The position numbers were made by a program, and so were the translations under genes. The notes beneath the pieces are model-generated. The model worked only from the letters and a program-made list of their open reading frames with translations. It did no database searches and was not told where the DNA came from. Shown in pieces: positions 63,303-64,000 of a stretch of DNA of 64,000 bases. This stretch comes from Azolla caroliniana. Lineage: Eukaryota; Plantae; Polypodiophyta. The stretch's first letter is position 1. Each line of letters begins with the position of its first letter. The stretch is taken from positions 14,384,001-14,448,000 of the forward strand of contig JBHGNT010000015.1 in the NCBI GenBank assembly GCA_043228905.1, in the 5' to 3' direction.

Positions 63303-63634
63303 TTGGAGTCGGCAACAGCTCCGCTCAAGCCTAAATCGAGCCATTAAACCGTTTTTAAAACGGTTTGTTGGTTTGCCGAATCGGCTCGACTCAGTTTGGG
63401 CTTGAGCTTCTCAAACTGGTTTTGAGCTCGGCTTGGCAAAGGTCAAGCCAAGTCGAACCATTTTGGGCCAAACCGGTTAAGGCTTAATCGGTTTAGCCAA
63501 TTTAGGTAAGCTTAACCAGTTTAGGAACCAATTCGATTCAAGTTTGAATTTCTCCAAACCGGTTGCGGCTTAACTGGATTGATTCCTAGAAGGCCAAACC
63601 AGTTGAGTCAAAATTGAACCGTTGCCGATTCCTA
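63303..63634. mobile_element. Second hAT-type MITE in the promoter region
   Basis: TIR TTGGAGTCGGCAAC/GTTGCCGATTCCTA; 8-bp TSD GAGGCATG/GAAGCATG; AAACCG repeats. Confidence 0.8.
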
Positions 63635-64000
63635 GAAGCATGCACGTGTCATGAAAGAGCAACGACATGTACGAAGCAAAGGCAAACCTTCATATGTTAT
63701 CCATCAACATCTCTTGCACCTCCTTGTTGGCATGTTTTCTCTTTGCACCCAAATTATAGATCTGAGCATTTTTCTCCATTTTCAAGGCCAATCTAAATTC
63801 AAACATTTGTTTTACCTCTAACTTAATCTACGCAAAATGACCTAACGTCAGATGGTCACACTCCCTCTCTCTCCCCCTTGTACATTTTGCAATATGAAAA
63901 CCCCACGATTTACATATGATACCTTATTGAGTGCCATACATCTATGTATATCCACATTCACCTCCTCTCCCCCCATATCTATAGTGAAACCATTCATCGT

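Overview
Eukaryotic land-plant DNA. A non-seed plant such as a fern, lycophyte or bryophyte is plausible from the retrotransposon types, but that is an inference. Bases 1-~39.6 kb are a nest of retrotransposons. An old minus-strand Ty1/copia was invaded by three Ty3/gypsy elements. These were in turn invaded by three full-length Tnt1-like copia elements (one intact, 1358-aa ORF, near-identical LTRs), a fourth gypsy and solo LTRs. LINE remnants follow. Bases ~40-63 kb hold two spliced host genes on the minus strand: a 7-exon EF-hand Na+/Ca2+ exchanger-like gene (NCL) and an 11-exon ASCH-family gene with a strong heat-shock-element array upstream. Microsatellites, minisatellites and two hAT-type MITEs are also present. 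The most notable signals are: (1) a conserved -1 frameshift cassette (GGAUUUU, stop codon, H-type pseudoknot with a covarying pair) at the protease/pol junction of a tRNA-Trp-primed gypsy lineage that made a 4-bp TSD; (2) a chromovirus with an 11-nt Tf1-like self-priming site, an HSE and an antisense tRNA-like Pol III cassette in both LTRs; (3) strong CCGG enrichment and a Gag capsid swap among the copia elements; (4) a possible toxin-like RNase domain at the C-terminus of the ASCH protein. All coordinates were read by hand; degenerate element ends may be off by a few bases.
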